Position numbers and translations under genes: made by a program. A DNA stretch of 46,663 nt from Octopus sinensis (taxonomy: Eukaryota): positions 1 to 46,663 of the forward strand of contig NW_021834596.1 in assembly GCF_006345805.1 (NCBI RefSeq). Reading direction: 5' to 3'. A model generated the notes under the pieces. That model saw nothing but the letters and a program-made list of their open reading frames with translations, searched no databases and had not been told where the DNA came from. Of this stretch, positions 22,888-35,503 are shown one piece after another (positions within the stretch are counted from its first letter, which is position 1; every line of letters starts with the position of its first letter).

Positions 22888-24845
22888 TCTGGTTGATGAA
22901 AATGACAAGGAGATCCAGGAATTACTAGCAAGGAAGAGGGCAGCTCATTAGGCCCACCTCGCACAACCAGCCTGTCCTGTAAAGAAAACTACCTTTCGAC
23001 GCGCATGCAGCACCCTACAGCGAAAACTCAGAGAAATGCAGAACGTGTGGTGGAACCACCTGGCATGGAGAACCTCAGAGACTATAGAGGCTTTTATGAG
23101 GCTCTGAAAGCAGTGTCTGGCCCCACCTACCTGGTCCAGAGTCCCCTGCACAGTTCAGATGGACAGGACCTCACCGATAACACCTCCATCCTCGCTCGCT
23201 GGTCCGAGCACTTCCAAAGCCTCTTCAGTGGTAACCGTACCATACAGGACGCTGCCATCCTTCGCATTCCTCAACTTCCACTCAAAGAGGAGCTCAACAA
23301 ACCACCCACCCTCAGAAGAAACGATTGAAGCCATAGGAAAACTCAAGAGTCGCAAAGCAGCAGGAGTTGACGGCATCCCACCAGAAATCTGGAAGAATGG
23401 AGGTCCAATGCTCCATGATTTTCTTGTCTGCTGCTGGGAGCAGAGCAAGCTGCCACAGGATCTTCACGACACCATCATCATAACCCTGTACAAGAACAAG
23501 GGTGAAAAGTCTGACAGCTTCAACTACCGGGGAATCACCCTACTCTCCATCGCCGGCAAAGTACTTGCCAGGATCCTGCTCAATAGGCTAGTACCAACCA
23601 TTGCTGAAGAAAACCTCCCCAAGAGCCAGTGTGGCCTCAGAGCTAACAGAGGCACAACGGATATGGTGTTCGTCCTCCGCCAACTCCAGAAGAAATGTCG
23701 AGAACAAAACAGGGGACTCTATGCTGCTTTAGTCGACCTCACAAAAGCATTTGACACAGTGAGCAGGACAGGACTATGGCTCATCCTGGAACGACTTGGC
23801 TGTCCCACCAAGTTTCTACAGATGGTGATCTAGCTGCACGAGAATCAGCGTGGTCAGATAAGACTCAATGGTGACCTGTCGGAGCCCTTCCCATCTCCAA
23901 CGGCATGAAGCAGGGTTGTGTCCTGGCACCGAATCTCTTCAGCATCTTCTTCAGCATGATCAAGCATGCAACTGAAGAAATGGAGGATGAGGATGGGGTG
24001 TGTTAGGTATCGTCTGGATAGCAGCCTCTTCAATCTATGGCGCCTCCAAGCCCACACCAAGACCCAGGAGAGGCTGATCCAAGACCTTCTCTTCACAGAC
24101 GCGCTGTCCTTGTCGCCATCACGTCCTGCCTTGCAGACGCCTCACGGCTCTTTGGCCTGGCAGTTAGACTCAAAAAGACGGAGGTACTTCACCAACCTAC
24201 ACCCCAAGAGGATTACCGCCCACCCCACATCACTATATGTGGTACCAAACTGAACTCAACTCAGCAGTTTACATACCTGGCTGCATCATCTCATTCGATG
24301 CAAGGATCGACAAAGAAATTGAAAATAGACTCTCTAAGGCAAATAGGTCCTTTGGCAGATTGTACAAACGTGTTTGGCACAATGATAACTTGAAGAACAA
24401 AACAAAGATCAGTGTCAACAGGGCCGTGGTTCCCGCCACTCTTCTCTATGACTTGGAGACCTGGATTACTTACCGCAGTCACATCCGTCTCCTCGAGCGC
24501 TTCCACCAACGATGTCTCCGCACCATCCTCAACATTCACTGGAGTGATTTCGTCACAAACATTGAAGTCTTGGAGCGGGCCGAGATCCCCAGCATTGAAG
24601 CCATGCTACTGAAGTCTCACCTCCGATGGGCAGGGCATGTCTTCAGAATGGAGAACCATTGCCTTCCTAAGATTGCCCAGTTTGGCGAACTCTCCATCGG
24701 CCACCGTGTGAGAGAAGAAGCTCTGAGGAAGCGCTACAAAGACTGCCTCAAGAAGTCTCTAACAGCATGTCATATTAACCACCAATGCTGGTCAGACTTG
24801 GCTGCGAACCTTGATGTCTGGTGCCACACGATCTTCAACGCAGTC
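22888..24845 (+). mobile_element. RTE-clade (BovB-like) LINE, 5'-truncated, frameshifted
   Basis: DENDKEIQELLARKR, KAAGVDGIPPEIWK, NYRGITLLSIAGKVLARILLNRL, VDLTKAFDTV, GMKQGCVLAP and LERFHQRCLRTILNIHW...LRWAGHV. Confidence 0.95.
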
Positions 24846-24846
24846 A

Positions 24847-24891
<45 letters not shown>

Positions 24892-25139
24892 ATATATATA
24901 TTGCACTGGATGGGAGTGCTGAACTCCCTGTTCGAAAATATAAGGACACAGATATTGTGTTGTATAGCCAGCTAGAAATAACAGTAACATCGCCTCTTCC
25001 AGGACAGCCACATTATGTTGGCAAATAGCCTCTACTTTAAAGACCTATTACTGAATGTTTCTCTTTGAGAGATTTAGAAAAAAATAATAATAATATATAT
25101 ATAGAATACATATTAGATAGATAGACAGATAGATATACT

Positions 25140-25530
25140 TTCTTTTATTGTTTTACTTGTTTCAGTCATTCATTTGACTGCAGCCGTGTTGGAGCGCTGC
25201 CTTAAAGGGTTTTAGTCAAAGAAATTGACCCCAGGACTTTTTTTGGGTACTTATTCAATCAATTTCTTTTCTCATACTGCTAAGTTACAAGGGCATAAAC
25301 ACACCAGCATCAGTTGTGAAAAGATGGCAAAAGAACAAACACAGATACACACACATGCATTATATATATATATATATATTGATCTTTCAGTTTCTGTCTA
25401 CCAATTCACTCACGAGATTTTGATCAGCATGAGGCTATAGTAGAAGACACTAGTCGAAGGTGCCACAGAGTGGGACTGAACCTGGAACCATGTGGTCGGG
25501 AAGCAAGCTTCTTACCTCATACCCACACTT
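25140..25530 (-). mobile_element. SINE family A, diverged
   Basis: Both modules are present, including GGGACTGAACCTGGAACCATGTGG. Confidence 0.75.
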
Positions 25531-25689
25531 GCATCTATCATATATATGTGTGTGTGTATGCACAGAAATACATATGTAAGCATGTGTATATATGGAGGCA
25601 GGTGGTGGGGTAGGCTTAAGTAAGTTATCAGACAACCTGTATGAGTTGAATTTGATGAGCTAAATTCACAGTGAAATCACGAAAGAAGA

Positions 25690-26170
25690 TAATGATAATA
25701 ATAATAATAATAATAATGAAATTATTGTATACAGTGCTCAGGTGCACCACAACTTGCCAAAATTGTGTATAAAGCATATGCAGTAATGTACAAATGCCTG
25801 GACAGCGAACAGTGTATGAGTCAGATACATGCTTGTGTGTGTATGGAGGAGAGAAAATCAGGTGTAGTGTTGGCGAATCTCAGGAAGCATGGAAGTTTTG
25901 AAGGATGCAGTGCTCCAGCAACTAACAACTGATGCCGGCAGTTTTTTCCATACTTCAGCAACACTTAGCGTGAAAAAATGTTTCCGAAAGTCCTGGGAGC
26001 TGTGCTGCTTTTTGACTTTGTAAACATGTCCACAAGTGTTAGACAGGTGGAGTTTGAAAGGTGCTCAGAGTGATTGTTAGTAAGATGGTTAATAATTTTA
26101 TGGGTGTCTGCCAAGTCAGCTGCCAGACATTGGAGTTTCAATGTATCCATGCCCAGGGAAGTAAGGTGTT
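25690..26170 (-). mobile_element. CR1-like LINE 3' end with (ATT)n tail
   Basis: DTLKLQCLAADLADTHKII...NTRGHVYKVKKQHSSQDFRKHFFTLSVAEVWKKLPASVV (frameshifted) matches the CR1 post-RT C-terminus. Confidence 0.85.
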
Positions 26171-26367
26171 CTGAATGATATGAGAACTGTTTTTAAAACC
26201 CTTTATATTGGGCACCTGGACCCAACTGGCATCTAGTTAATCAACCACTGAATATATAAATGGGATGGTTGTAGGAGAAACCTCTTTGATCATGGTGCCC
26301 AAGCAACAGCAACCATCTCGGGACAAATAGTTAAAATTCAGTTGAGTTGCTTTTGACTGTTGAGGGT

Positions 26368-26700
26368 CGAGTGGCGTGGGTGTGTGGTGAGAAGCTTGCT
26401 TCCCAACCACATGGTTTGGGTTCAGTCCTATTGCATGGCACCTTGGCCGACCAAAGCCTTGTGAGTGGATTTGGTAGATGGAAACTGAAAGAAGCCCATC
26501 TTATATATATTTATGTCTTTGTGTCTGTCCCCTTCCCCACTGATGTTGGTGTGTTTACATTCCTGTAACTTAGCGGTTCAGCAGAACGGACAGATAGAAT
26601 AAGTACCAGGCTTAAAAGAATAAGTCCAGGGGTTGATTTCTTTGACTAAAAGCTTCAGCATAATCCTAGTCAAATGATTGAAACACGTAAAAGAATACCT
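26368..26700 (+). mobile_element. SINE family A
   Basis: Head and 3' module are recognisable. Confidence 0.75.
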
Positions 26701-26829
26701 GAACAGGTATAACCTCTCAGCTAATTATCATCTACTAAGGTGAAGTAGCAGGCACTCTCTGCTCCCAGGTGTACATAGTTGCAAATTAAGTTCTAATTCC
26801 ATGATGTTTAATGTAACAGTGCTTGCAGC

Positions 26830-27215
26830 AAGCCTAGTACTTATTTTACTAGTCTCTTTTTGCCAAACTGCTAAGTTACAGGGATGTAAACACACCAACA
26901 TCGGTTGTCAAGCAATGGTTAGGGAACAAACATACAAACATACATATACGATGGGCTTCTTTCAGTTTCCGTCTACCAAATCCACTCACACGGCTTTGGT
27001 CAGCCAAGGCCATAGTAGAAGACACGTACCCAGGTTGCCATGCACTGGGACTGAACCTAGAACTATGTGGTTGGGAAGCAAGCTTCTTACCACATAGCCA
27101 TGCCTGTTGTGCACCAAAGCTGTACACTTAACTCTGATTAATCTAAGGTGGGACTGAACCCGGAACTATGTGGTTGGTAAGCAAGCTACTTACCACACAG
27201 CTACTCCTATGCCTA
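26830..27215 (-). mobile_element. SINE family A plus an extra orphan head (27147-27215)
   Basis: A second GGACTGAACC..GAACTATGTGGTTGG head follows the first copy. Confidence 0.7.
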
Positions 27216-27334
27216 TGATCTCAGAATGTTAAGAAATGCAGCCAGGTATTTTGTCCAACTCCCTAACAATTCTCTCGATCCTTCAGCCTATAATAACACC
27301 ACCACCAACAACGACAACAATAATAATCCTTCTG

Positions 27335-28215
27335 CTATAGACGCAAGGCTTGAAATTTTGGAAGAGGTGGGGTGGGGTAGTCGATTACATCAACCCAGTG
27401 AATAACTGGTACTTATTTCATCGATCTCGAAAGGATGGAAGGCAAAGAACCTCAGCGGAATTGGAACTCAGAATGTAAAGACAAAATGCCACTAAGCATT
27501 TTGCCCAGTGTGCTAACAATTCTACCAGCCTGCGGCTTTTGGTTTCCATTTTGGCACAAAGCCAGCAAATTTCAGGGAAGCAGGTAAGTCGATTACATCA
27601 ACCCCAATGTTTGACTGCTACGTATTTTTATTGACCCCAAAAAGGATGAAAGTCAAAGTAAAACTTGAACTCAGAATGTAAAGCTAAATGAAATGCCGCT
27701 AAGCATTAAAAAAAAATTTTTTATTGCCCACAAGAGGCTAAACATAGAGGGGACAAACAAGGACAGACAAAGGGATTAAGTTGATTACATCGATCCCAGT
27801 GCGTAACTGGTACTTAATTTATCGACCCTGAAAGGATGAAAGGCAAAGTCGACCTCGCAGAATTTGAACTCAGAATGTAACAGCAGGCGAAATACCACTA
27901 AGCATTTCGCCCAGCGTGCTACTGATTCTGCCAACTTGCCACCTTTAAAATGCCGCTAAGCATTTTGCTTGGCATGTTAACAATTCTGCCAACTCATCAC
28001 CATACTAATAATCTGTTCTACCATAGGCACAAGGCCTGAAATTTGCAGGGGATAAGAGCTAGTTGATATTTTTTTGACCTCGGCATTGACTGGTACTTAT
28101 TTTATTGACCTCGAAAGGATGAAAGGTAAATTGACTTTGGTGGGATTTGAACTTAGAACAAATACCACAAAGCATTTGTCTGATGCTCTAACAACTCTGC
28201 CAATCAACCTCCTTA
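27335..28215 (-). mobile_element. Array of family B SINEs including a nested insertion (27708-27947)
   Basis: At least four cores. The 17-bp direct repeat AAATGCCGCTAAGCATT lies at 27691-27707 and 27948-27964. Confidence 0.85.
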
Positions 28216-28280
28216 GTGATGTTGACACCTCTGTGTTAGTTGCCTAGCACCCTATTGTTTGGCTGTTCTTTGACCAAGTA

Positions 28281-29175
28281 CGTGGTTTGATCAATAAGTA
28301 TCCAGACTATTGCCATAGTAACGAAGCTAAAGTACATGGAGTGAAGGTACTTGGCACAGATTGACCTTGAACTCTGCTGTGCATGGACACTAAGTTTTAA
28401 CATTCTAGCTCACTTCCGCTGTTAAAACAGCAGTGCTTGGAAGGAACATGTGTAGTGTGAGGTCGTTGCATCGACCATGACAGAGAAAGTTGAGCAGAGA
28501 ATCTGCATGAAATTTTGCCCAAAGCTTGGCGATACCTGCTCAGAGCCCTACACAAAGTTTTCAAAAAGTTTCATCATTCTCAACACAAAGAGATCTTGTG
28601 CAACTGAAACCCAAGAGTCTTTTTGGTCAGCTGAAAGCAGATTTGGCACAAACTTGGCAGGCAGACTGTGTCTCATACCCAAATCTTCAGTGATAATGGA
28701 CTGAACTGAACTGTAACTAATCTGCACATCCTCTGATAACTCACAGATGGTGATTCAACAGTTTCCCCTCACAGTTGCATGCACATCTGCAATGCTCTTC
28801 TCAGATCTACTGGTTGTGGATCTCCCAAACTGTTCGTCGCTATCAACATTTTTTTGGCCAACTTGGAAACATTTGAAACACTCACACACATGTGTGCGTC
28901 TCATACACTCCTCTCTATACACTTTCTGCAACTTTGTGTAGGCCTCTGAGCAGGTATCACCATGACAACTTTCTCTTGTCATTGTCAGGCAATGATCACA
29001 TGCTACACGTGTTCCTTCCAAGCGCTGCTGTAAACAGTCGAAGTGAGCTAGAACATTAAAAACTTAGTGCACATGCACTGCAGAGTCCAAGGTGAATCTG
29101 TGCCATGTGGCTTCACTTTGTGTGCTTTAGTTTTGTTACTATGTCATCAATCTGGATACTTATTGATCAGACCTC

Positions 29176-29176
<1 letters not shown>
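28281..29176. mobile_element. Non-autonomous mariner derivative built from two 5' ends in inverted orientation
   Basis: TA|CGTGGTTTGATCAATAAGTATCCAGA...TCTGGATACTTATTGATCAGACCTCG|TA. The plus arm encodes MTEKVEQRICMKFC. The minus arm encodes EAYTKLQKVYREECMRRTHV...GRSTTSR...TEDLGMRH..AKFVPNLL. Confidence 0.92.
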
Positions 29177-29234
<58 letters not shown>

Positions 29235-29261
29235 TATATATAGATATAGATATTATATATA

Positions 29262-29575
29262 TCTGGCACCTGTGTCGGTGGCACATAAAAACACCATCCG
29301 AGCGTGGCCGTCTGCCAGCCTCGTCTGGCACCTGTGTCGGTGGCACATAAAAACACCATCCGAGCGTGGCCGTTCGCCAGCCTCGTCTGGCACCTGTGTC
29401 GGTGGCACATAAAATCACCCACTACACTCTCGGAGTGGTTGGCGTTAGGAAGGGCATCCAGCTGTAGAAACACTGCCAGATCTGACTGGCCTGGTGCAGC
29501 CTTCGGGCTCCCCAGACCCCAGTTGAACCGTCCAACCCATGCTAGCATGGAAAACGGACGCTAAATGATGATGAT
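29262..29575 (+). mobile_element. Retroposon family D with 62-bp tandem units at its 5' side
   Basis: Units start at 29262, 29324 and 29386 (third partial). (GAT)n tail. Confidence 0.88.
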
Positions 29576-29590
29576 ATATATATATATATA

Positions 29591-29774
29591 GGTGCAGGAG
29601 TGGCTGTGTGGTAAGTAGCTTGCTAACCAACCACATGGTTCCGGGTTCAGTCCCACTGCGTGGCATCTTGGGCAAGTGTCTTCTGCTATAGCCCCGGGCC
29701 GACCAATGCCTTGTGAGTGGATTTGGTAGACGGAAACTGAAAGAAGCCTGTCGTATATATGTGTATATATATAT

Positions 29775-29838
<64 letters not shown>

Positions 29839-30013
29839 CTAGCATTGCTTGACAACTGATGCTGGTGTGTTTATGTCCCCGTTACTTAGCGGTTCGGCAA
29901 AAGAGACCGATAGAATAAGTACTGGGCTTACAAAAGAATAAGTCCAGGGGTCGAGTTGCTTGATTAAAAGCTCCAGCATGGCCGTAGTCAAATGACTGAA
30001 ACAAGTAAAAGAG
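29591..30013 (+). mobile_element. Full-length SINE family A with expanded internal (TA)n
   Basis: Close to the 17014 copy. Confidence 0.9.
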
Positions 30014-30899
30014 AAAAGAGATATACACACACAGACATAAAAGTACAATATATGTACAATGAACAAAACTCAGCCCTTGAATCGCTAACCTCTGCCGATA
30101 AACACTGAAGCATGCTTTTGTGTGTGTGTGATGATGATATATATATATATACATATATAACTATAGTGTCTAGATACGCAAGAAAAGCCGGTGAGTGGAT
30201 AAGAACAGTCATTGAGTCAGGGTTTGAACCTACATGGTATTTTGGGCAATATTTCAACATAGCCTCGGATCGACCCAAGGCTTATTTATGAGTGAAAAAA
30301 AATCTGTCAAACCGACAGGATTAATATTCAAAGCGTCGACCTTTTTCTGTTACATAATGTATGGAACTCTGCTCGAGGATTACGTGATTAAGGGTAAGAA
30401 AAAGTATCTGTGGAATATTCTGTTGCTTAAAGAGTGTTGATTCAACTGAGAATGTAACTCAGTTGATCACACAAACTAGAATACTCATCGTCGAAAGCGA
30501 CGGAGATCTACTTCACACACACACATTATGAATACAGAACGTGTCCAGAGTGATTTTGTAGGGAGAAAGAGATGTATGATAGGCAAGCAGCAGATAGAAA
30601 AGGGAGTTACAGCAAGGAAATATGAAAATTAACAAAATACACAAACACCACATGTTCATGGAGGCAAAATAAAGGAAGGATTCTCTTTCACAAGAAAATT
30701 GCCGGGAAAAGATGAATATTTTAAATCATGGCTATGAATAAATAAATGTTAGAAAAGATTGCTTCTAATTTGAGCTGTATTGTCAGGCAAAGAAAGATTT
30801 TATCATAAAAATAATTCTAAAAATTTATTCCTCGTCTGAACCCACAGCTAGAAAGAATTTTGAGACGCGGCTTCTCTGAGGTGTTTAAATACTGAGGAC

Positions 30900-31110
30900 T
30901 CTTTTTACTCTTTTAGTTGTTTCAGTCATTTGACTGCGGCCATGCTGGAGCACCGCCTTTAGATGAGCAAATCGACCCCGGGAATTATGCTTTGTAAGCC
31001 CAGTACTTATTCTATCGTTCTGTTTTGCCGAACCGCTATGTGACGGGGACGTAAACACACCAGCATCGGTTGTCAAGCAATGCTAGGGGGACAAACACAG
31101 ACACACAAAC
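30900..31110 (-). mobile_element. SINE family A, 3' module
   Basis: CAGTCATTTGACTGCGGCCATGCTGGAGCACCGCC...GGGGACAAACACAGAC. Confidence 0.85.
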
Positions 31111-31675
31111 AGGACTGGTTACAATTTAATGAGAAAAACTTTTTACTTCTACCCACATATTATTGTACAGGTTATTTACTTTTCATGTCAAAAATGTGTG
31201 TTGAAGCATGACAAGATATCAAATGTTTATAAAGGGGAATACCCGAAAAATGAAAGAAAATAAAAAGGTGTTTCTGAGTACATAGTTCATGATCTGCTCA
31301 AAACTGAAGTCATTAATTTTAGAGGCGGTCAATGATATAAAAACAAAAATAATTTTAAACGATATACAAACAAAAATAATTTTAAATGAACTTACATATC
31401 TGCTTTTTTAGCGCGGCTTCGGTAATGTGATTATTCTTAAGTCAGAAATTAAAGGAACAAAAACAGAGGAATAAATAAATAATGATCACGTGGAGGTTTA
31501 TTAAAAAGGGACCAGTAAAGTTCACTTGCGGTAATATGTACTAGTAGCGTAGACTGGACCCGGTTTGCGCACACGCGCAGACGCGCGCCCGCGCTAGCCA
31601 GACTTATCCTACGAGTTGACTGGCTCATGCGAGATATATACTTGTATCGCACGTACGAATAGTTTTATTAAGAAA

Positions 31676-32063
31676 CTAGCAGTATCGCCCGGCGTTGCTC
31701 GGGTTTGTAAGGGAAATAACTATATAAGCATTTTTAGAGAGTTATAGCCAAAAAATAGCAAAAAAAATGGAAAAAAAATGATGGTAATTTTTTTTTTAAA
31801 TCATTGACTCATCGTAGATATTTTTAGAGAGTTACTTCCCTTATATAATAGCGAAAAAATGCATTAAAATAGAAAAAATGATGGTAAATCTTTTTTTAAA
31901 ATCGTAGACTCATCGTAGACGCGCGCTAATACCCAGAAGGGCTCGATATGAATCACGACTATAAGATACCCGGTTTTGGTTAAACTGCACCGCAAAATGT
32001 GGGAGGAGTTAGGAATCTAAATCGTAGGAGACAGACACACAACTTCACTTTTATATATAAAGA
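31676..32063 (-). mobile_element. Non-autonomous Helitron (subfamily 1)
   Basis: Minus strand reads A|TCTTTATATAT...CCCGAGCAACGCCGGG hairpin...CTAG|T, with no TSD. Confidence 0.88.
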
Positions 32064-32094
32064 TGTAAACAATACAATGAGATAAATACAGAGA

Positions 32095-33045
32095 CTCTGT
32101 GTAGACGTCCGATCTGCTAGAAATAGCAGTCAAATCTTCACTGTCTCTAAAGTCATGTCTATTACCTTAATGAAAGGATAAAACTGAATAATGTTGTTCA
32201 TGATATACAAAAAGGGATGATGTTCATGACAGGAAATATTGTTGATCACATGACCCGGGGTTAAACAACAACATTATCAATACATATGTGTGTAGTTCTT
32301 GGTCATTTTGTCAAAAGTAATGCTTATTTATTCCTATTGTTTTGAATTAATCCTGAATTATCTCTTAGCTTCAAGATTTCAATGATGCAATTACTTATTT
32401 TTAGAACAACATTGTAGGGTAGGTGTGAGAGGCCGATTCTGGCTGTTTTAAACATAAAACAATATTTGGATTGGATGCATATGGTTGGATTAAATGCTAA
32501 AATGTTTTTAAAAAATGGATTTCAACATGTTGCTATATGCACTGTATTAGAGTGCTAAGCAAGAGGCTTTATTTATTTCAGCTCAGTCTGTTGGTCTGAT
32601 AACAGTCGCCATCCCCACTTCATTTTTGTTTTGTTGCCGTAGTCCTTGTTTAGTGCAAATTTCAGTCTGGATCCACAAAGCCTAGGATCAAAGGCATTCC
32701 ATCCATGACCATCTGTCTTTTTTGTTGTTGTTGTTGTTTTGCACATGTATATCTAGGATTACATTATCCACTGTATCCTTCTTTTAAGATGAAAAGATGT
32801 GATTTGAGGGAGATTTGGTCATTATTTTTAGCAGGTAATGTAACCACATAGAAGTTCCTTCACTGTAATTTTGCTCTATTTCAGCCCTGTGTTGAGAAGA
32901 CCCATAATCAAAAGCAATCTAACCATGACTATCCTATTATTTTGTATATTTAAGACTGGCAAACATGTCCTTCTCATTTATGTGTGATTTATGGGAGATT
33001 TCACTATTGCTAGCAGGTTGAGCAACCATATAAAAGCCCACACAC
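32095..33045. repeat. Three degenerate copies of an unclassified repeat (family E)
   Basis: GTGATTT..GGGAGATTT.....ATT..TAGCAGG at ~32800 and ~32985, and its reverse complement CTGCTAGAAATAGCAGTCAAATCT at ~32115. Confidence 0.5.
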
Positions 33046-33368
33046 TGTTACTTGTTATAACGAGGTCCTCTAAAAGTGATCTTACAAGGTGAGATAAGAT
33101 TTCATTAAGGTTGCCATGAGAAAATGTACCCAGCACACTCTGTAAAGTAGTTGGTGATAGGAATGGCATCCAAACCCAATAACACATACAGTCACCGGTC
33201 TTTGGGTGTTGTAGCTCCCAGTAAGAAATGACTTAGATACTAATGACCCATCCAACCCATGCCAGCATGGAAAGTGGATTTAAAGGGTATGTAAAGGCCT
33301 CTGTTTATAGATCAGAGTCCAAGACTGATGTACTTGACTGAAAACTCATTTCTCCAAGCTCTGCCAAT

Positions 33369-33599
<231 letters not shown>

Positions 33600-33788
33600 G
33601 AGTGTATTTTTACCTTGTTAACAATTAACACGGAAAAAAAAATAGTTACTAGGGCAGCAAAAGTCTCACAAGTAAAGGTGTTGTAACTCCTTGTTTATAA
33701 AGGTAGAAACTTCGTGTTTACGTTGAATATTTTGAATAATATATGAATAAATAAATGGAGTTTAACGCAGGTGTAATCAAATATTTTT

Positions 33789-33872
33789 ACTTTCGATACG
33801 TTTCGAAAATTCCACTGATACTATTCAAAATAATAAATGGTATAAATAATGCAATCTTCTCTTCGGGAAAGT
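33789..33872 (-). ncRNA. Candidate degenerate minimal type-I hammerhead ribozyme motif
   Basis: ACTTTC | CCGAAGA | GAAGATTGCA-loop-TGGAATTTTC | GAAA C GTA TC | GAAAGT. Stem I is 6/6 and stem II 9/10 including a G-U pair. U4 is replaced by C. Confidence 0.4.
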
Positions 33873-34174
33873 GAAAAAAACGAAACTCGTCAATAAGACA
33901 TTTTAGCAAAAAATGATGGATTTGTATAGCGATTGACAGAACGCTATTAATATTGTTTAAAAAAACGTTATATGATATAACGTCATAAGTGTTATATAAT
34001 CATCACAACAAACATGAACAATCAACGTCGCCCATTGTCTCCCTTGATAAAAGGACTTTCACTATGTTTCCCGCCACAACAATTAACTTGTACAACACGG
34101 CAGTCGAATAAAGTATCTCGTATCGTTAACACGTTGTTTCAGTCTCTCTCATTTTCTTAATCTTTCATACTAAA

Positions 34175-34560
34175 CTAGCAGTATCGCCCGGCGTTGCTCA
34201 GGTTTATAAGGGAAATAACTATAAAGCATTTTTAGAGAGTTATAGCCAAAAAATAGCAAAAAAATGGAAAAAAATGATGGTAAATTTTTTTTTAAGATTT
34301 AAAAAAGGTAGAGTTGCGTCCCCTAGACAGTTTGTGGTTCGTATTCCTGATTCTCGACCCCATGTCGAATTTATCGATTTTTTTTCAGAACTGGGGGAAC
34401 TTTTCAAAATTTTCGCTGCGTTAGTTTTGAATTATGACATTGGGCTATGTGTGTGTCAAGTTTCATCAGAATCGGTTGAAAGCCGTGGTCAGGGTGAGGG
34501 TACAAGCAAACAGACACACAGAAACACGCACAGACAAACTGCCGTTTATATAGAGAGAGA
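34175..34560 (-). mobile_element. Non-autonomous Helitron (subfamily 2: same 3' end, different 5' part)
   Basis: A|TCTCTCTCTATAT...CCTGAGCAACGCCGGG...CTAG|T. About 120 bp are shared with subfamily 1. Confidence 0.82.
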
Positions 34561-35107
34561 TGAATGGTGAATGAACCGAAAGAATGCTAATAACTAATGA
34601 TACAAAGAGCAATCAATGCTTTAGATATATAAAGAAGACTAGCAAATGTGAATTATTGCTGTGGCGAAGGGATCAAGAAGGGAAATAAAAAGTGAGAAAG
34701 ACAGAAATGAGTCAGGCTTCAGAATAGGACATAATGACTTTTGATTATTCATTGATAATATTTGAATAGTAGTTAGGATTATTAATTACCATAGTACTGC
34801 GATTAGAGCTAATCTACATTACATTACTTCATTATAGTAGTATTTCATCTTAGTAACTTAAAATAACACTAATAGTAATAATGATTCTTTCATTTACTGG
34901 TCACAAAATCCATGCCTTTAACAACGTTTTTACTAGAAACAGAATGTACGACAATGTTCAAATATATTTATATGAAAATGTGGAATAACTTAAAAACGCC
35001 GTACAATATATAAGGACATTAAAAGTTTCAAATACATGGAATATACACACACACACACACATATATATATATATGGTTGATTCTTTTATTATATATATAT
35101 ATATATA

Positions 35108-35230
35108 CGACGGGCTTCCTTCAGTTTCCGGCTACCAAATTCACTCACAAGACTTTGGTCAGCCCGAGGCTATAGTAGAAGACACTCACCGAAGGTGCCG
35201 CGCAGTGGTACTGAACCCAGAACCATGTGG
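35108..35230 (-). mobile_element. SINE family A, 5' module fragment
   Basis: CGACGGGCTTCCTTCAGTTTCCG...GAACCCAGAACCATGTGG. Confidence 0.8.
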
Positions 35231-35299
35231 TTATATATACGTGCATATACGCATAGAGACACGTGCATTCATGCATACATAATTACATACATACATACA

Positions 35300-35470
35300 G
35301 GCGCAGGAGTGGCTGTGTGGTAAGTAGCTTGATTACCAACCACATGGTTCCGGGTTCATTGCCACTGCATGGCACCTTGGGCAAGTGTCTTCTACTATAG
35401 CCTCGGGCCGACCATAGCCTTGTGAGTGGATTTCGTAGACGGAAACTGAAAGAAGCCCGTCGTGTATATG

Positions 35471-35503
<33 letters not shown>

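Noticed and set aside
24903-25028. Open extension ALDGSAELPVRKY... after the RTE
   Set aside because: Reached only by read-through of a microsatellite; no motif.
29262-29420. CRISPR-like appearance of regular 62-bp repeats
   Set aside because: Contiguous tandem units without unique spacers, inside a eukaryotic retroposon, with no cas genes.
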